64,000 bases of DNA from an uncultured delta proteobacterium (GTDB lineage: Bacteria > Desulfobacterota > Binatia > JACPRU01), in contig CAVUWD010000006.1 in assembly GCA_963745025.1 (NCBI GenBank), positions 480,001-544,000 on the forward strand, read 5' to 3'. The notes under the pieces were generated by a model, which was not told the DNA's origin, ran no database searches, and worked only from the letters and a program-made list of their open reading frames with translations. Position numbers and translations under genes: made by a program. This document shows, one piece after another, positions 9,830 through 20,320 of the stretch. Numbering within the stretch: position 1 is the stretch's first letter; each line of letters starts with the position of its first letter.

Positions 9830-10234
9830 TCTCGACACCCGAAGCTCCCTGCTCACCTGGCTCGGGCTCTTGACGAATTCCGCAGTTTGGGAATTGAGTT
9901 CGTCTCCCTGCATGAAGCAATTGACACCTCGACCCCGCTCGGCAGAATGATTTTCCACGTTTCTGCTGCTTTCGCGGAACTCGAAAAGGAAATTATTCGG
10001 GAACGTGTCCGAGCGGGTCTTCGGAATGCCCGAAAGCGCGGTAAGAGGCTCGGCAGGCGGCGGGCGATGGTCAACGTCCAGGCGGTCGATGAGATGGCCT
10101 CCAGGGGGCTCTCGGGACGCGCGATCGCGAAGACGGTCGGGGTGTCGGAGGCGACGGTACGGCGGATCCTGCGGTCGAGTCGCGACAGCTCTGCAACGAT
10201 GGTCGCCGATGCGGCCTGCGCACCCGTTGCTTGA
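9830..10234 (+). pseudogene. serine resolvase/invertase, N-terminally truncated
   Basis: FVSLHEAIDTSTPLGRM...FAELEKEIIRERVRAG...GKRLGR plus a C-terminal HTH. The catalytic Y.RVS motif is missing. Confidence 0.85.
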
Positions 10235-10255
10235 ATCCCTGTAGCGCGGGGGTCT

Positions 10256-13200
10256 ATGGGTGCTGACGGCCCCACGGGACCTTCGATGCGTTGCCCAACC
10301 TGCGGCTTCGAAAACGCGAGCGGTATAAAGTTTTGCGGCGAGTGCGGCGCATCGCTGAAGATCAGGTGTTCGAGCTGCGGCTTCGAGAACGCCCCGGCGA
10401 TTAAGTTCTGCGGCGAATGCGGGAAGCCGCTCTCGGGGGGCAAGAAGCCAAGGCCGCCATCGGAGCCGCGTTCCTACACACCTAAGCACCTCGCCGAGAA
10501 GATTCTCACCACCCGCGCCGCCCTTGAAGGCGAGCGGAAGCAGGTGACCGTTCTCTTCGCCGATGTGAAGGGCTCGATGGATTTGTCGGAGTCGATCGAT
10601 CCCGAGGAGTGGCACCGGATCATGGATCGGTTCTTCCGGATCCTCGCCGACGGCGTCCACCGCTTTGAAGGCACCGTAAACGAGTATCGGGGGGATGGGA
10701 TCATGGCGCTGTTCGGAGCGCCGATCGCTCACGAAGACCACGCACAGCGCGCCTGCTACGCCGCGCTGTCCCTCCAGGATGATCTTCGCCGCTACGCGAA
10801 CGAGCTTCGCGTCGAGAAGGGAATCAGCTTCTCGGTGCGGATGGGGCTGAACTCGGGTGAGGTCGTCGTCGGCAAAGTCGGCGACGATCTGCGGATGGAC
10901 TACACGGCCCTCGGGCACACGGCGAGCCTTGCGGCCCGGATGGAGCAGATCGCTGAGCCGGGAAAGGCGTATCTCACCGAGCACACGGCAAAGGTCGTCG
11001 AGGGGATGTTTACGCTCCAGGATCTCGGCCGGATGACGGTGAAGGGCGTCAAGGAACCCGTCGCCGTGTACGAGCTTGGGGGCGTCGGGCGACTACGGCG
11101 CAGGCTCGATGTGTCACGCGCCCGTGGATTCTCGCGCTTCGTCGGCCGCAGCGACGAGATGGCAAGTTTGCAGGCGGATCTAGCGAAGGCAATTGCGGGG
11201 AACGGTCAAGTTGTGGGGATCGTGGCAGACCCAGGGGTGGGAAAGAGCCGACTCTGCATGGAGTTTACCACGCTCTGCCGAAGTCGGGGGATCGCGGTCT
11301 TCGAAGCGCACGGGGTCTCGCACGGCAAGGCGATTCCGTTCCTCCCGATCCTCGAACTGTTTCGCGGCTTCTTCGGCATCACCGAGCAGGACAGCGATCG
11401 GGCGGCCCGCGAAAAGATCACCGGGCGCATGCTCGTGCTCGATGAGGGGCTTCGCGACGCGCTGGCACCTGTCTTCGAGTTCCTCGGTGTCCCTGATTCG
11501 GAGCACCCGGCTCCGCGCATCGATCCGGACGCGCGACAACGGCAGCTCTTTGCAATCGTCAAGCGGGTAGCCGAGGCCCTCAGCCGCCGCGAGCCAGTGG
11601 TTACTCTTCTCGAAGACCTGCATTGGTTCGACCGAGGAAGTGAAGGGTTCGTCGAGGTGCTCGTTGAGACCGCCACGACGACGCGGAGCCTGCTCGTTCT
11701 CAACTTCCGGCCCGAGTACCGCGCGGGCTGGATGCAGAAGTCTTACTACCAGCAGCTCCCTCTCCAGCCGCTGACTGCCGAGATCGTCGGCGAGATGCTT
11801 CGAGACCTGCTCGGAACGGATCCATCGGTTTCCGGCCTCGCGGCCACGATCCGCGATCGGACAGGTGGAACCCCATTTTTCATTGAGGAGATCGTGCAGA
11901 CCCTCGTGGAAGACGGGAGCCTCCTCGGCACGAGAGGGAGTTATCGGCTGACTCGTCCGGTGGCGAATCTAGCGCTGCCAGCTACGGTCCAAGCGGTTCT
12001 CGCCGCGCGAATCGACCGGCTTGGGGAGCGCGAGAAGGAAGTGCTGCAGACCGCTGCCGTCATCGGGCGGGAAGTTCCCGCGACGATACTACGTCAGGTG
12101 TGCCGGGTGACCGGAAACGACTTGGCCGTTTCTCTCCGAGAGTTGATCGCGGCGGACTTTCTGTACGAAGCGGCGCTCTACCCGGAGGCGGAGTACACGT
12201 TCAAGCATCCTCTGACGCAGGAAGTGGCGTATCACACGCAGCTCGGGGATCGTCGCGCCCGTCTGCATGGCTCGGTCGCCCGTGCCCTACAGGCCCTCTA
12301 CCCCGAGAAACTGGATGAGAGCGCTGCGTTGATCGCCAACCATCTCGAAGAAGCGGGTGCGCCGCTCGACGCGGCGCAATGGCACGCTCGGGCTGCTGAA
12401 TGGGCGGGTGCGCACGACCGGGAAGCTGCTTTGCGGCATTGGCATCGCGTGAGGAAGCTCGTTGCTTCGATGACCGATTCGGAAGAAGCAATTGCGCTGG
12501 CTCTCAATTCACAGACGCAGCTACTGAACCTCTTTTGGCTCTTGGGGGTTTCGGAGGAAGAGGCCGCGATCGTCTTCAGCGAAGGGAAGATGCTTGCGAG
12601 TCGTGCCGGAGACGCCCGCGTGCTCGCATCGCTCAATACGTATTACGCTGGCATCCGCCTTGCTCACGGTGCCGAGGACCATCTCGTCTATGCCGAGGAG
12701 GCGGTGCGGCTGGCAGATGAATCGGGTGATGTCGCTCTAAGGCGGGTAGTCCGTCTCGCACTTGTGCGTTCGTTGCTGTTCACGGGGCGTTTTTCCGAAG
12801 CATTGAACTGTGCAGAGGAAGCCATGGAGCGACTCGCCCAAGACCCGACCCTTGGAATCGACGTGCTCGGCCAAAATCCGTATACGACACTTGCACAACT
12901 GCGCGCTGACCTCCTCCTTATCATGGGCCGCGTGGGTGACGGTGTTCCATGGTTTGAGAAGGCACTCCAGCGAGCCCGCGAGGACCGCGATCTCATCACA
13001 CTCGGCTCCACGTACGCCGACTACGGTGGGATGGGCTCGGAGGTAATAGATCCGCAGGTTGCCCTGGCCCACGCGCGCCAAGGAGTAGAGCTGGGAGAGA
13101 ACGTCAGTGGGGCGCAGTGGCTAGCCTTCGCCTATGCACAGCTCGGGCGTGCATTCATCCGCGTCGGATCGTACCTCGAAGCCGTGAAGTCGTTGGAGCG

Positions 13201-13654
13201 GTTCCGGGAAATCGTACGGGAATCGCACGTCGGGTTGGAGGCCGAGCCGTTCGCGACAGCCTACTTGGCGGAAGCTTATCTCTATAGCGGCGAAACCGAT
13301 CGCGCTCTGCGAATGGCTGAGGAAGCAGTTGCGAGAGCGCGTCAGCGCTCCATCGGTCTACTCCCGGTCGCGCTAGTGAAATTGGCGCTGGTTCTCTTGC
13401 GGACGAAGGGCCTCGAATCCCGTGGCCCGATCGAGACAGCTCTCGACGAAGCGTCTCGACTCTCGCGGCAAATGGAATTCAAGATCGCCGAAGCGTTGGT
13501 TTGCGGCGAGCGTGCCGCGCTGGCGCATCTTGCGGGCGACGAAGCTACCCAGCAGCGCGAGCTTGGCGAGGCGCAGCGACTTTTCCTTGAGATGGGTGCA
13601 CCGATCCGGGCTGCCGGGATCGCAAGGGAGTTCGGCTTGGCGACCGCCTCCTGA
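10256..13654 (+). CDS. class III adenylate/guanylate cyclase with double zinc ribbon, AAA ATPase and TPRs
   Basis: Four CxxC, VTVLFADVKGS, GDGIMALFGAP, Walker A (ADPGVGKSR), helical repeats. The true start may be the ATG near 10286. Confidence 0.95.
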   Translation: MGADGPTGPSMRCPTCGFENASGIKFCGECGASLKIRCSSCGFENAPAIKFCGECGKPLSGGKKPRPPSEPRSYTPKHLAEKILTTRAALEGERKQVTVLFADVKGSMDLSESIDPEEWHRIMDRFFRILADGVHRFEGTVNEYRGDGIMALFGAPIAHEDHAQRACYAALSLQDDLRRYANELRVEKGISFSVRMGLNSGEVVVGKVGDDLRMDYTALGHTASLAARMEQIAEPGKAYLTEHTAKVVEGMFTLQDLGRMTVKGVKEPVAVYELGGVGRLRRRLDVSRARGFSRFVGRSDEMASLQADLAKAIAGNGQVVGIVADPGVGKSRLCMEFTTLCRSRGIAVFEAHGVSHGKAIPFLPILELFRGFFGITEQDSDRAAREKITGRMLVLDEGLRDALAPVFEFLGVPDSEHPAPRIDPDARQRQLFAIVKRVAEALSRREPVVTLLEDLHWFDRGSEGFVEVLVETATTTRSLLVLNFRPEYRAGWMQKSYYQQLPLQPLTAEIVGEMLRDLLGTDPSVSGLAATIRDRTGGTPFFIEEIVQTLVEDGSLLGTRGSYRLTRPVANLALPATVQAVLAARIDRLGEREKEVLQTAAVIGREVPATILRQVCRVTGNDLAVSLRELIAADFLYEAALYPEAEYTFKHPLTQEVAYHTQLGDRRARLHGSVARALQALYPEKLDESAALIANHLEEAGAPLDAAQWHARAAEWAGAHDREAALRHWHRVRKLVASMTDSEEAIALALNSQTQLLNLFWLLGVSEEEAAIVFSEGKMLASRAGDARVLASLNTYYAGIRLAHGAEDHLVYAEEAVRLADESGDVALRRVVRLALVRSLLFTGRFSEALNCAEEAMERLAQDPTLGIDVLGQNPYTTLAQLRADLLLIMGRVGDGVPWFEKALQRAREDRDLITLGSTYADYGGMGSEVIDPQVALAHARQGVELGENVSGAQWLAFAYAQLGRAFIRVGSYLEAVKSLERFREIVRESHVGLEAEPFATAYLAEAYLYSGETDRALRMAEEAVARARQRSIGLLPVALVKLALVLLRTKGLESRGPIETALDEASRLSRQMEFKIAEALVCGERAALAHLAGDEATQQRELGEAQRLFLEMGAPIRAAGIAREFGLATAS

Positions 13655-13800
13655 GGTACGTCAAAAACCTCTCCGCATCGCCCTGAAAAACCTCAACGTT
13701 TGCAGGGTCCGCCAAGCGCGGCCAGAGAGGATCAAGAGTTTTTGACCCGGAAATATCGGCGAGGATAGGCTGAACCGCAAGGCGTTGGACGGATTTACCC

Positions 13801-14334
13801 TTGTTCCAACCGGATTTGTCACCGAACCAAATTTTGCCCTCGGGAGCAGCCGCCGAGAGCAGCCTCGCGGTCGGATGGCTCGAAAGTAGCCACGAGTTTC
13901 CGCGCGGCGAGACGTCCGAGGAATTTCACGAGAAGCTCGCCTGGCTATGCACGAACGAGCAGGTTCAGCAGACACGGGGCTTTCACCTTTGCGACTTATG
14001 CCCACCGATGGAGTGGGGCACGCACAGGGTCGTCCTCAACGGGTCCTTGACCCGCCGCGAGTACCTGCTCGGTACCGCCGAGATTCGTGTTCGCGACGCC
14101 GACGTTACCTTCGCTGCGCCAACCCTCATCCTTCACTACGTAGTAGATCATGCGTACCTGCCACCGGAGGCCTTTGCGCGCGCTGTGTTAGCAAGCAGCC
14201 AGCGGCTCCAGCGTTCCACCTGGACAATCGTTCGAGGACCCTACTGGCAAACAGAACAGCCACCTCTCGCGCGGCGAGAGCGGCGAAGTCTCCGCGAACA
14301 GTTTCGTCGATGGCTTGCTCGCCTCTGGCGCTGA
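13801..14334 (+). CDS. conserved hypothetical protein
   Basis: AVGWL, RGFHLCDLC, LGTAEIRV, FAAPTLILHYV..H.YLPP motifs. Confidence 0.7.
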   Translation: MFQPDLSPNQILPSGAAAESSLAVGWLESSHEFPRGETSEEFHEKLAWLCTNEQVQQTRGFHLCDLCPPMEWGTHRVVLNGSLTRREYLLGTAEIRVRDADVTFAAPTLILHYVVDHAYLPPEAFARAVLASSQRLQRSTWTIVRGPYWQTEQPPLARRERRSLREQFRRWLARLWR

Positions 14335-14499
14335 CCCCGATCCACTCCCTATCAGCTAACAGCGGGGCACGAACATTGCCGGAAGCATTCGCGATTGTAC
14401 TTTGTGCGGACATCGCCGACATCTTTCCGGTCGATCTAAAGACCAATCAGGGACCATCGATACGGTTTGCAAGTTCGGCGCAACGACAGGAGGAATCCG

Positions 14500-14961
14500 A
14501 TGCGAGACGAGGCGAAAAAGGTCACCGGGGGTTGTCTGTGCGGCAAAGTACGTTACGAGGCACACGTTTTTCTGAAAAGCGGCTACTATTGCCATTGCCG
14601 TATGTGTCAGAAGAGCTGCGGCCAACCTGCCGACATCTCCGTGCCGATCAAGGCGGGCACCCTGCTTTTTACGAAGTCGAAGCCGAAGTACTACGTTTCG
14701 TCACAATATGGAAAGCGTGGATTTTGTGACGACTGCGGGTCGCGGCTCTCATGGCAGGCTCTAGATCCACAAAACGATTGGATGACGAATGTGACGGTTG
14801 GTTCGCTCGATAACTCCGAGGAGGTAGAGCCATACCGGCATATTTTCGTAGATACGAAGCTGCTCTGGTACAACGTCGATGAACAATTGCCGAAGTTTAA
14901 AGAAGCAGAGATCGAAGCCATGTTGGATGTCTGGAAGCAAGAACGGATGTTGGACGATTGA
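14500..14961 (+). CDS. GFA family (glutathione-dependent formaldehyde-activating) protein
   Basis: TGGCLCGKVRY, CHCRMCQK, RGFCDDCGS. SD AGGAGG. Confidence 0.92.
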   Translation: MRDEAKKVTGGCLCGKVRYEAHVFLKSGYYCHCRMCQKSCGQPADISVPIKAGTLLFTKSKPKYYVSSQYGKRGFCDDCGSRLSWQALDPQNDWMTNVTVGSLDNSEEVEPYRHIFVDTKLLWYNVDEQLPKFKEAEIEAMLDVWKQERMLDD

Positions 14962-15178
14962 GATCCAGTTACTCCCTGGCCATAAGGAACGAGCAGCCCG
15001 GCCCGCGCCTATCGTCCTTGGGAGCTTCCAACGCAGGTCTCGATGAGCGCAGCCAACTACGCTTTCCGCTTGCACTCAGCTTGGTGTTGGTGGGAGTATC
15101 TGGGTCGCGATCAAGCTTCAAAACCGAGATTCCGTTAACGGGCTTTCTTTAGTACCAATCTGAAGAAGGGGGACAGAG

Positions 15179-15679
15179 ATGAAAACGTGTGGATCGACTA
15201 TGGCGGCTATCGTGATCGCAGCTGGTTTCGTGCTGAGCACCGGCTTCAATGCGAACGCGGCGGGCAGCGCGAAAGAGCAGATAACCGAGATTGAAAATAA
15301 GATGATTGCCGCGACCAACGCAGACGAGTTGATGAAGTACTACGACGACCAAGATGTCACCCTCTACGACGTCACCCCGCCGTTACAATTCAAGGGAGCC
15401 AGCGCCGTACGCGGCGATTTCGCCAACTTTTTCAGCAGCGCCGCCGACCTTAAAGCAGAATTCGTCGAACTCGCGGTCGTCGCGGAGGGCAACATGGGGA
15501 TGGCCCTCAGCATCCAGCACTTCACCTGGAAGGATAAGGACGGAAAGCCCGTAGCGATCACCTTTCGTGAGACCGATGTCTTTCACAAGGTCAAAGGCCA
15601 ATGGAAGGTCATGCACACCCACCTTTCCGTTCCGGTCGATCTAAAGACCAATCAGGGGCAGTTGAATCTGAAGCCATAA
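15179..15679 (+). CDS. secreted SnoaL/NTF2-like (YybH/DUF4440) protein
   Basis: Signal peptide, YDVTPPLQFKG, RETDVFHKVKGQWKVMHTHLSVP. Confidence 0.85.
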   Translation: MKTCGSTMAAIVIAAGFVLSTGFNANAAGSAKEQITEIENKMIAATNADELMKYYDDQDVTLYDVTPPLQFKGASAVRGDFANFFSSAADLKAEFVELAVVAEGNMGMALSIQHFTWKDKDGKPVAITFRETDVFHKVKGQWKVMHTHLSVPVDLKTNQGQLNLKP

Positions 15680-15892
15680 CGACGCGTTTGTCGAGGACCA
15701 CAAGATCTGTTTCCACCCACACCGTTTCCGGAAGAACCACTTTTCCAGGGGCGTGGTTCCCCTCATCTTCCTGTCTCGGGGCCTTAGGCGAGCAAAGGTA
15801 ACTGACACTCGAAACACGACGAATAAGTTGGAACGCTTGGCGCTAGACGCGTCATAATAGATCTAGAACGCAGACGGCCGAGTCTGCGTCCA

Positions 15893-15930
15893 GGCCCCGA
15901 TCGGGAATTCCCCCGGTCGGGGCTTTTTTT
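15893..15930 (+). terminator. rho-independent terminator
   Basis: GCCCCGATCGGG-aattc-CCCGGTCGGGGC followed by a T run. Confidence 0.75.
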
Positions 15931-15986
15931 ATGTCTCGGCCAAGAGAACGTCGCCGTCCGGAAGGGCGAGCGACAAGGAGGTCATC

Positions 15987-16154
15987 ATGTTGAAGGGTCT
16001 CTTGAAGTTGGCGTCCGGCATCGTGGTGCTCGGCGCCTCAGTGTCGGCGGCAGTCGCCGCGACAGGCGTTGCGGGCGACGGTTTGGTCGAGACCTTCGGT
16101 GGTCCGGAGTCTGACAAGGCGACCGAAGGCGCAGTGAGCCGCAAGGCGAGCTGA
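15987..16154 (+). CDS. small (55 aa) protein with hydrophobic N-terminus
   Basis: SD AAGGAGG, MLKGLLKLASGIVVLGASVSAAVAATG. Below the ORF-track length cut-off. Confidence 0.55.
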   Translation: MLKGLLKLASGIVVLGASVSAAVAATGVAGDGLVETFGGPESDKATEGAVSRKAS

Positions 16155-16280
16155 CCTCGACCGCAATCGGAAGAGGGGCCGGGTATCCGTAAGGGTGCCC
16201 GGCCCCTTCTGCATTCCAGAGGGGAAAAATCATGTCCGAGAGATGAATCAGCGAAGGTCGACAAATCAGGTGGCGACAGT

Positions 16281-16718
16281 GTGCCCATATACAGGGTCGC
16301 TCTCGTCCGGGAATCCAGTGTGATTGGATCAACAACCTCGACGCCGATCCAGAAGTCGTCAGAAGCGGCCGAAATCCTCCGTCCGCTCTTTGCCGAGCTC
16401 GATCGCGAACAGTTCGTGGTCCTGATGCTCGACGCGAAGCACCGCCCGCTCGGGACGAGCGTCATCTCGATCGGCAGCTTGACCGCATCGATCGTTCATC
16501 CCCGCGAAGTCTTCAAGCCAGCGATCCTCGCCAACTCGGCGGCAGTTATCGTCGCGCACAATCACCCGTCGGGGAGTCCTGAACCAAGCGCGGAGGACAT
16601 TGAGATCAGTCGTCGCCTTCGGGAGGCCGGAGAGCTTCTCGGCATTCGCGTCCTCGATTCACTCATTTTCGGCGCGGAGAGCGCGCTCTATTCGTTCGTC
16701 GACGCGGGGCGCTGGTGA
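16281..16718 (+). CDS. radC: RadC/JAB (MPN) domain protein
   Basis: REQFVVLMLD, VHPREVF, AHNHPSGSPEPSAED. JAB-only form typical of mobile elements. Confidence 0.92.
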   Translation: MPIYRVALVRESSVIGSTTSTPIQKSSEAAEILRPLFAELDREQFVVLMLDAKHRPLGTSVISIGSLTASIVHPREVFKPAILANSAAVIVAHNHPSGSPEPSAEDIEISRRLREAGELLGIRVLDSLIFGAESALYSFVDAGRW

Positions 16719-16878
16719 GCGAGGCCATTCACTACCAACAAGAAGGAGGACGGAATGAAGCGGAACCATACGGCCGCTACATGACGCCAGGAAACTCTGG
16801 GCGCGAATCGAGACAGCAGTAACGACGCAGAGCTCCGCCGCGAGGTCATCGATCAGGAAGCAGTGGAAACGTTCGTGG

Positions 16879-17103
16879 GTGGGAAAGACCGCTTGGCCCT
16901 GGGTCAAGCGGGAGATCGAGATCGTCACAAAGGTCGCCGGGGTTGTCACCGTGTCGCTGTGGCTGAAGCGACTGATCGAGCAGTTTCTCGGCAAGAAAGT
17001 GCTGAATGAGCCTGTCCTTCGAGGCGGAGTGAACGACATCGTCCGGGGGATCGAAGACGACGTCGAGCAAAGGAGGCCGGGCCATGCTCGGAGCAGGGAA
17101 TAA
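16879..17103 (+). CDS. hypothetical protein, homolog of 60376-60795
   Basis: WVKREIEIVTKVAGVVTVSLWLKRLIEQFLGK aligns with WWLREALLSAKWAAVITMSMLLRRWFEQAVGK. The open frame extends upstream to about 16760. Confidence 0.55.
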   Translation: MGKTAWPWVKREIEIVTKVAGVVTVSLWLKRLIEQFLGKKVLNEPVLRGGVNDIVRGIEDDVEQRRPGHARSRE

Positions 17104-17746
17104 TCTCATCATAACTGTTGAGCCAATGAAGGAGGAGGCGAAGGGGCGGCAGGAAGAAGTACGAGCGGCAGTCGAGAACACAGGATCAGGCCTCCGCGAG
17201 TGGATCATCGAGGAGTCGGCGTGGTTGGTCGCACAATTCACGAAAGTAGCGCTCTCGGTCGCCGTCGTTCGGGGCATCCATCAGCTATTCAAGATCGGAT
17301 TTGCAAGCGAGTCGGCGTATCAACGAGCGCCGGATCTGTGGAGCCACGGGCATCAGGACCGAGATCATCGACCTGGAAGCGGCGGTTACGCTCATCCAGG
17401 CGGTGGCGCTACGGGTCCGTGGCAAGCGAATGGGCCCGAGAATATTCGAAACTCAACGCCACATGGCGACACTGCCAGCGGCAATACCGTTCCCGAAAAT
17501 CCTCGCTACGTGACCTCGTGTGGAGGCTATCATTTGTATATCCACCGACGAATTCTGAACCCAGGTAAGCAGTTCTGGCCCTGCCCGCTCTTGTACGTGA
17601 GGGCCTGCGAGAGCTGTTCCTTTTTCGAATACGACCACGGTGGAAGACCGCAGTGTGCGGCGCTCGTGAAGCTCCGAATGGTCCTCGACGGCAATGACGG
17701 CGGCGAGGATCTCGACGAGATCAGAGATTGGATACGAAGCTCGTGA
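17084..17746 (+). CDS. hypothetical protein with Cys-rich C-terminus
   Basis: SD AGGAGG, overlaps the previous stop. N-terminus similar to the ORF starting at 60379. Confidence 0.6.
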   Translation: MLGAGNNLIITVEPMKEEAKGRQEEVRAAVENTGSGLREWIIEESAWLVAQFTKVALSVAVVRGIHQLFKIGFASESAYQRAPDLWSHGHQDRDHRPGSGGYAHPGGGATGPWQANGPENIRNSTPHGDTASGNTVPENPRYVTSCGGYHLYIHRRILNPGKQFWPCPLLYVRACESCSFFEYDHGGRPQCAALVKLRMVLDGNDGGEDLDEIRDWIRSS

Positions 17747-17771
17747 GAAACGAGCAGAAAGGAAGACTAGA

Positions 17772-17963
17772 GTGAAAGACGTCTACGCAATCTACGAGAC
17801 CAAGACCGACGGAAAAGAAAGAGCTCGATGGGTCCGAATCGGAGTGGCGTTCGAAAACCGCGATGGCTCGGTCAACGTGCTCTTGGATGCGCTCCCATTG
17901 AGCGGACGGCTCCAGATCCGTGACCGCGCGGAGTCACAAAACGGAAAGGAGCAGCCAAGATGA
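17772..17963 (+). CDS. small SSB-like/DUF736-like OB-fold protein
   Basis: [32 protein letters not shown], a motif common on mobile elements. Confidence 0.75.
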   Translation: MKDVYAIYETKTDGKERARWVRIGVAFENRDGSVNVLLDALPLSGRLQIRDRAESQNGKEQPR

Positions 17964-18232
17964 AACATCCCGCACGTCATGTCTCGCGGCGCTTACGAAA
18001 GGTACGAAAGGGACAGCGGGCTCTCTCCCGGCAAGTGTCACGCACCGCGACGATGATCAGGGCGGACCCAGCGTGTCGGAGGGTGCTAGTCGAACTCCTG
18101 AAACACGTGGCCGAGATCGCGGCCCGAGCCATGGTAATGTTGGCGGTGAATCGATGCCTGCGCGCTGGACTCTCATCACGAGGACAGGCGCGCGTGATTC
18201 CGATCCGTTTGAAGCCCACCGCCGTATCCTGA
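17960..18232 (+). CDS. hypothetical basic protein
   Basis: SD AAGGAG, ATGA overlap with the previous gene. Confidence 0.5.
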   Translation: MKHPARHVSRRLRKVRKGQRALSRQVSRTATMIRADPACRRVLVELLKHVAEIAARAMVMLAVNRCLRAGLSSRGQARVIPIRLKPTAVS

Positions 18233-18401
18233 TCCGTCTTCATCTCCGGTGATTCTCACCGGAGCTAGTCCCAACGACAACACCGCCGATCACTCGGCAG
18301 CTTTCACGCCGAGCGCCTCTGACTTCGGAGGATGGGCACTCGTCTGCCCGTTCCCGGAGTCGGAGGTCGGCGGTCTCACCAAACAAGAAGGAGTCCTTGT
18401 C

Positions 18402-19604
18402 ATGGCCGACAACCTTCCAGCGAACCTACCCGTTCGCCGAACAAAAGAAGTCTCATCACGGGGCGACGTCGTTCCCATCACCACCAATCCCCCGGCGCCA
18501 GTGATCGAGGCGATCCAAGCCCCGCCCTCGCTTCCGGGGATAGTGTTCGTCAGACGACAGCTCACGCAGTTCATCCGCTTCGCGTCGAGACTAACGACGA
18601 GGAGCGCAACCCCGGCGCTCCGATGCTGCCTATTTGGTCTCGACTCGGTCGTAGTCACGGATCTCGATATAGCGTTTCGCGGGTCGCTTCCCGGCGCTCG
18701 CGACGTCGGCGTCCTGGTACCCGTCGAAAGCCTCAAGCGGTCCCTCGCCAGCACCGACCGCCCAGAGATCTTCATCGCCCCAGAGCAGCCCAACCCAACG
18801 CGGCCATTTGCGGTGAGGGTTGACGGGGCTTTCCTGCGAGGCCACGACCCGGCCGAGTTTCCGCCCGTATCGGCTCTCTTTCCTGACGGCGAGCCTCTTG
18901 CCCGTGCGCGTTTCCAGAACCTCGAACCCGTTCTCGTTGCCGCGAGCACCGACGAGACGCGGAAGGCGATGTGCGGCGTGTTTTTCCAGCTCTGCAAGAA
19001 TCTCGCGGTCGCCACCAACGGCCACGTTCTCCACGCCTTGGAGATCCAGAGCGGCGATCGCGGTGACTTCCTCGTCCCACGAAAGGCGATCGACCTCGTC
19101 GAAATCATCCGCAAGGCAACCAAGGCGCCCGAAGTCACGGTCGCCTTCCACCAAGATCACGCGGTTTTCCGCATCGCACAGTTCGAGCTCTCCGCCCGGT
19201 TGGAAACGACTAAGTTCCCGGCCTGGGAAGAGGTCGTCCCGAAGGCGCACAGATACGAGCTCCGAGTTTCGAAACCTGATCTTCTCCAAGCCCTGGATCG
19301 CGTTGCGGCAGCGATCGGTGACCGGGCCAGAGGAGTGGTGCTTCATCGCACTGGTGAGTGCCTCGAAATCCACGGAGAGAACCCGAGAGCCGGGGAATTG
19401 AAGACGGACATCGCCGCCAGCGGCTGGGCGGACAAGGCGGTGATCGAAGTAAACCTTTCCTACCTTTACAACGCGGCGCGCTTCGCGCCTTCCGACGAGC
19501 TGCGAATCGGAATCAGCGACGATACGAGCCCACTAAAGATCCAAGACGGTGCCTACCTGGCGGTCATCATGCCGATTGGGCCAGTGAAAGGAACGAAATC
19601 ATGA
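18402..19604 (+). CDS. dnaN: DNA polymerase III beta-clamp-like protein (element-borne, divergent)
   Basis: VVTDLDI, AASTDETRKAMCGV, VATNGHVL, KFPAWEEVVP, NLSYLYNA...SPLKI...LAVIMPI. Confidence 0.85.
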   Translation: MADNLPANLPVRRTKEVSSRGDVVPITTNPPAPVIEAIQAPPSLPGIVFVRRQLTQFIRFASRLTTRSATPALRCCLFGLDSVVVTDLDIAFRGSLPGARDVGVLVPVESLKRSLASTDRPEIFIAPEQPNPTRPFAVRVDGAFLRGHDPAEFPPVSALFPDGEPLARARFQNLEPVLVAASTDETRKAMCGVFFQLCKNLAVATNGHVLHALEIQSGDRGDFLVPRKAIDLVEIIRKATKAPEVTVAFHQDHAVFRIAQFELSARLETTKFPAWEEVVPKAHRYELRVSKPDLLQALDRVAAAIGDRARGVVLHRTGECLEIHGENPRAGELKTDIAASGWADKAVIEVNLSYLYNAARFAPSDELRIGISDDTSPLKIQDGAYLAVIMPIGPVKGTKS

Positions 19605-20320
19605 CTGTCGAGAACAAGAATCGCGATGACAAAAAGAAGCTACACGAATTCCACGAGGCAACCGGAAGCAAAGGTGTCGTCTGGATCGACGACGCAACCG
19701 GCCGGATCGTGGAACTGCCGATCGAATCGCGCATTCGCCGAGGTGAGGGCGGCTGCCAGCTCTGCCATGAGCAGCTCGACGGGATGGAGAAGCGCGGGCG
19801 GGTCGATTTCGACGAACGCAACTTACCGCGCCTGATCTTCGGACCGGGCGAGGCGATCTGTGACGAATGCGTCGAGTGGGTCCGGCTGCTCGACTACCAC
19901 GCGGAGAACGGGTTGGTGGCTACTCCGCGATTTGAAGATGGCGATCTCGTACTGCGGGCCGGAACCGAGGAGCTCTACGAGGTCCTGGAGTCGAAGCTGA
20001 CCGGAATCCCCACGGCAGGAGTCTGGTTTCCGAGCTATACCTGCCAGCGGATCGAGGTCCGCCAAGGGACTGGCAAAATTCTCCCCGCCTGCATGGGGCT
20101 GCTCTTCGAGATCCCGGACTGCGAGCTTCAGCCCGTCCCGCCACGCTTCTCAGTCACGACTTCACGGCAGCAAAAGATCGAAGAGCGACACAAGTCCGTC
20201 GATTTGATCGGTACTGTCCGTGATCGGCTGGCGATCACGTCAGACGTGCGGAAAAGACCGTCGCCAACACTTCCCGAGCCTCGTCGGCCGCTGCTCCTCG
20301 GCAAGCGAGGTGGGCCATGA
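19601..20320 (+). CDS. hypothetical protein with ClpX-type C4 zinc-finger-like motif
   Basis: CQLC...LIFGPGEAICDECV. ATGA-coupled to both neighbours. Confidence 0.6.
   Translation: MTVENKNRDDKKKLHEFHEATGSKGVVWIDDATGRIVELPIESRIRRGEGGCQLCHEQLDGMEKRGRVDFDERNLPRLIFGPGEAICDECVEWVRLLDYHAENGLVATPRFEDGDLVLRAGTEELYEVLESKLTGIPTAGVWFPSYTCQRIEVRQGTGKILPACMGLLFEIPDCELQPVPPRFSVTTSRQQKIEERHKSVDLIGTVRDRLAITSDVRKRPSPTLPEPRRPLLLGKRGGP

Noticed and set aside
13768-13790. GAGGATAGGCTGAACCGC (also GATAGGCGGG at about 49397) as further oriIS ends
   Set aside because: Only the terminal few bases match, which is too short to support.
16755-16790. In-frame TGA after a strong SD (MKRNHTAAT-stop) as selenocysteine or readthrough
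   Set aside because: No SECIS is evident, and homology to the 60376 ORF lies in a different frame, which points to a frameshift near the start.
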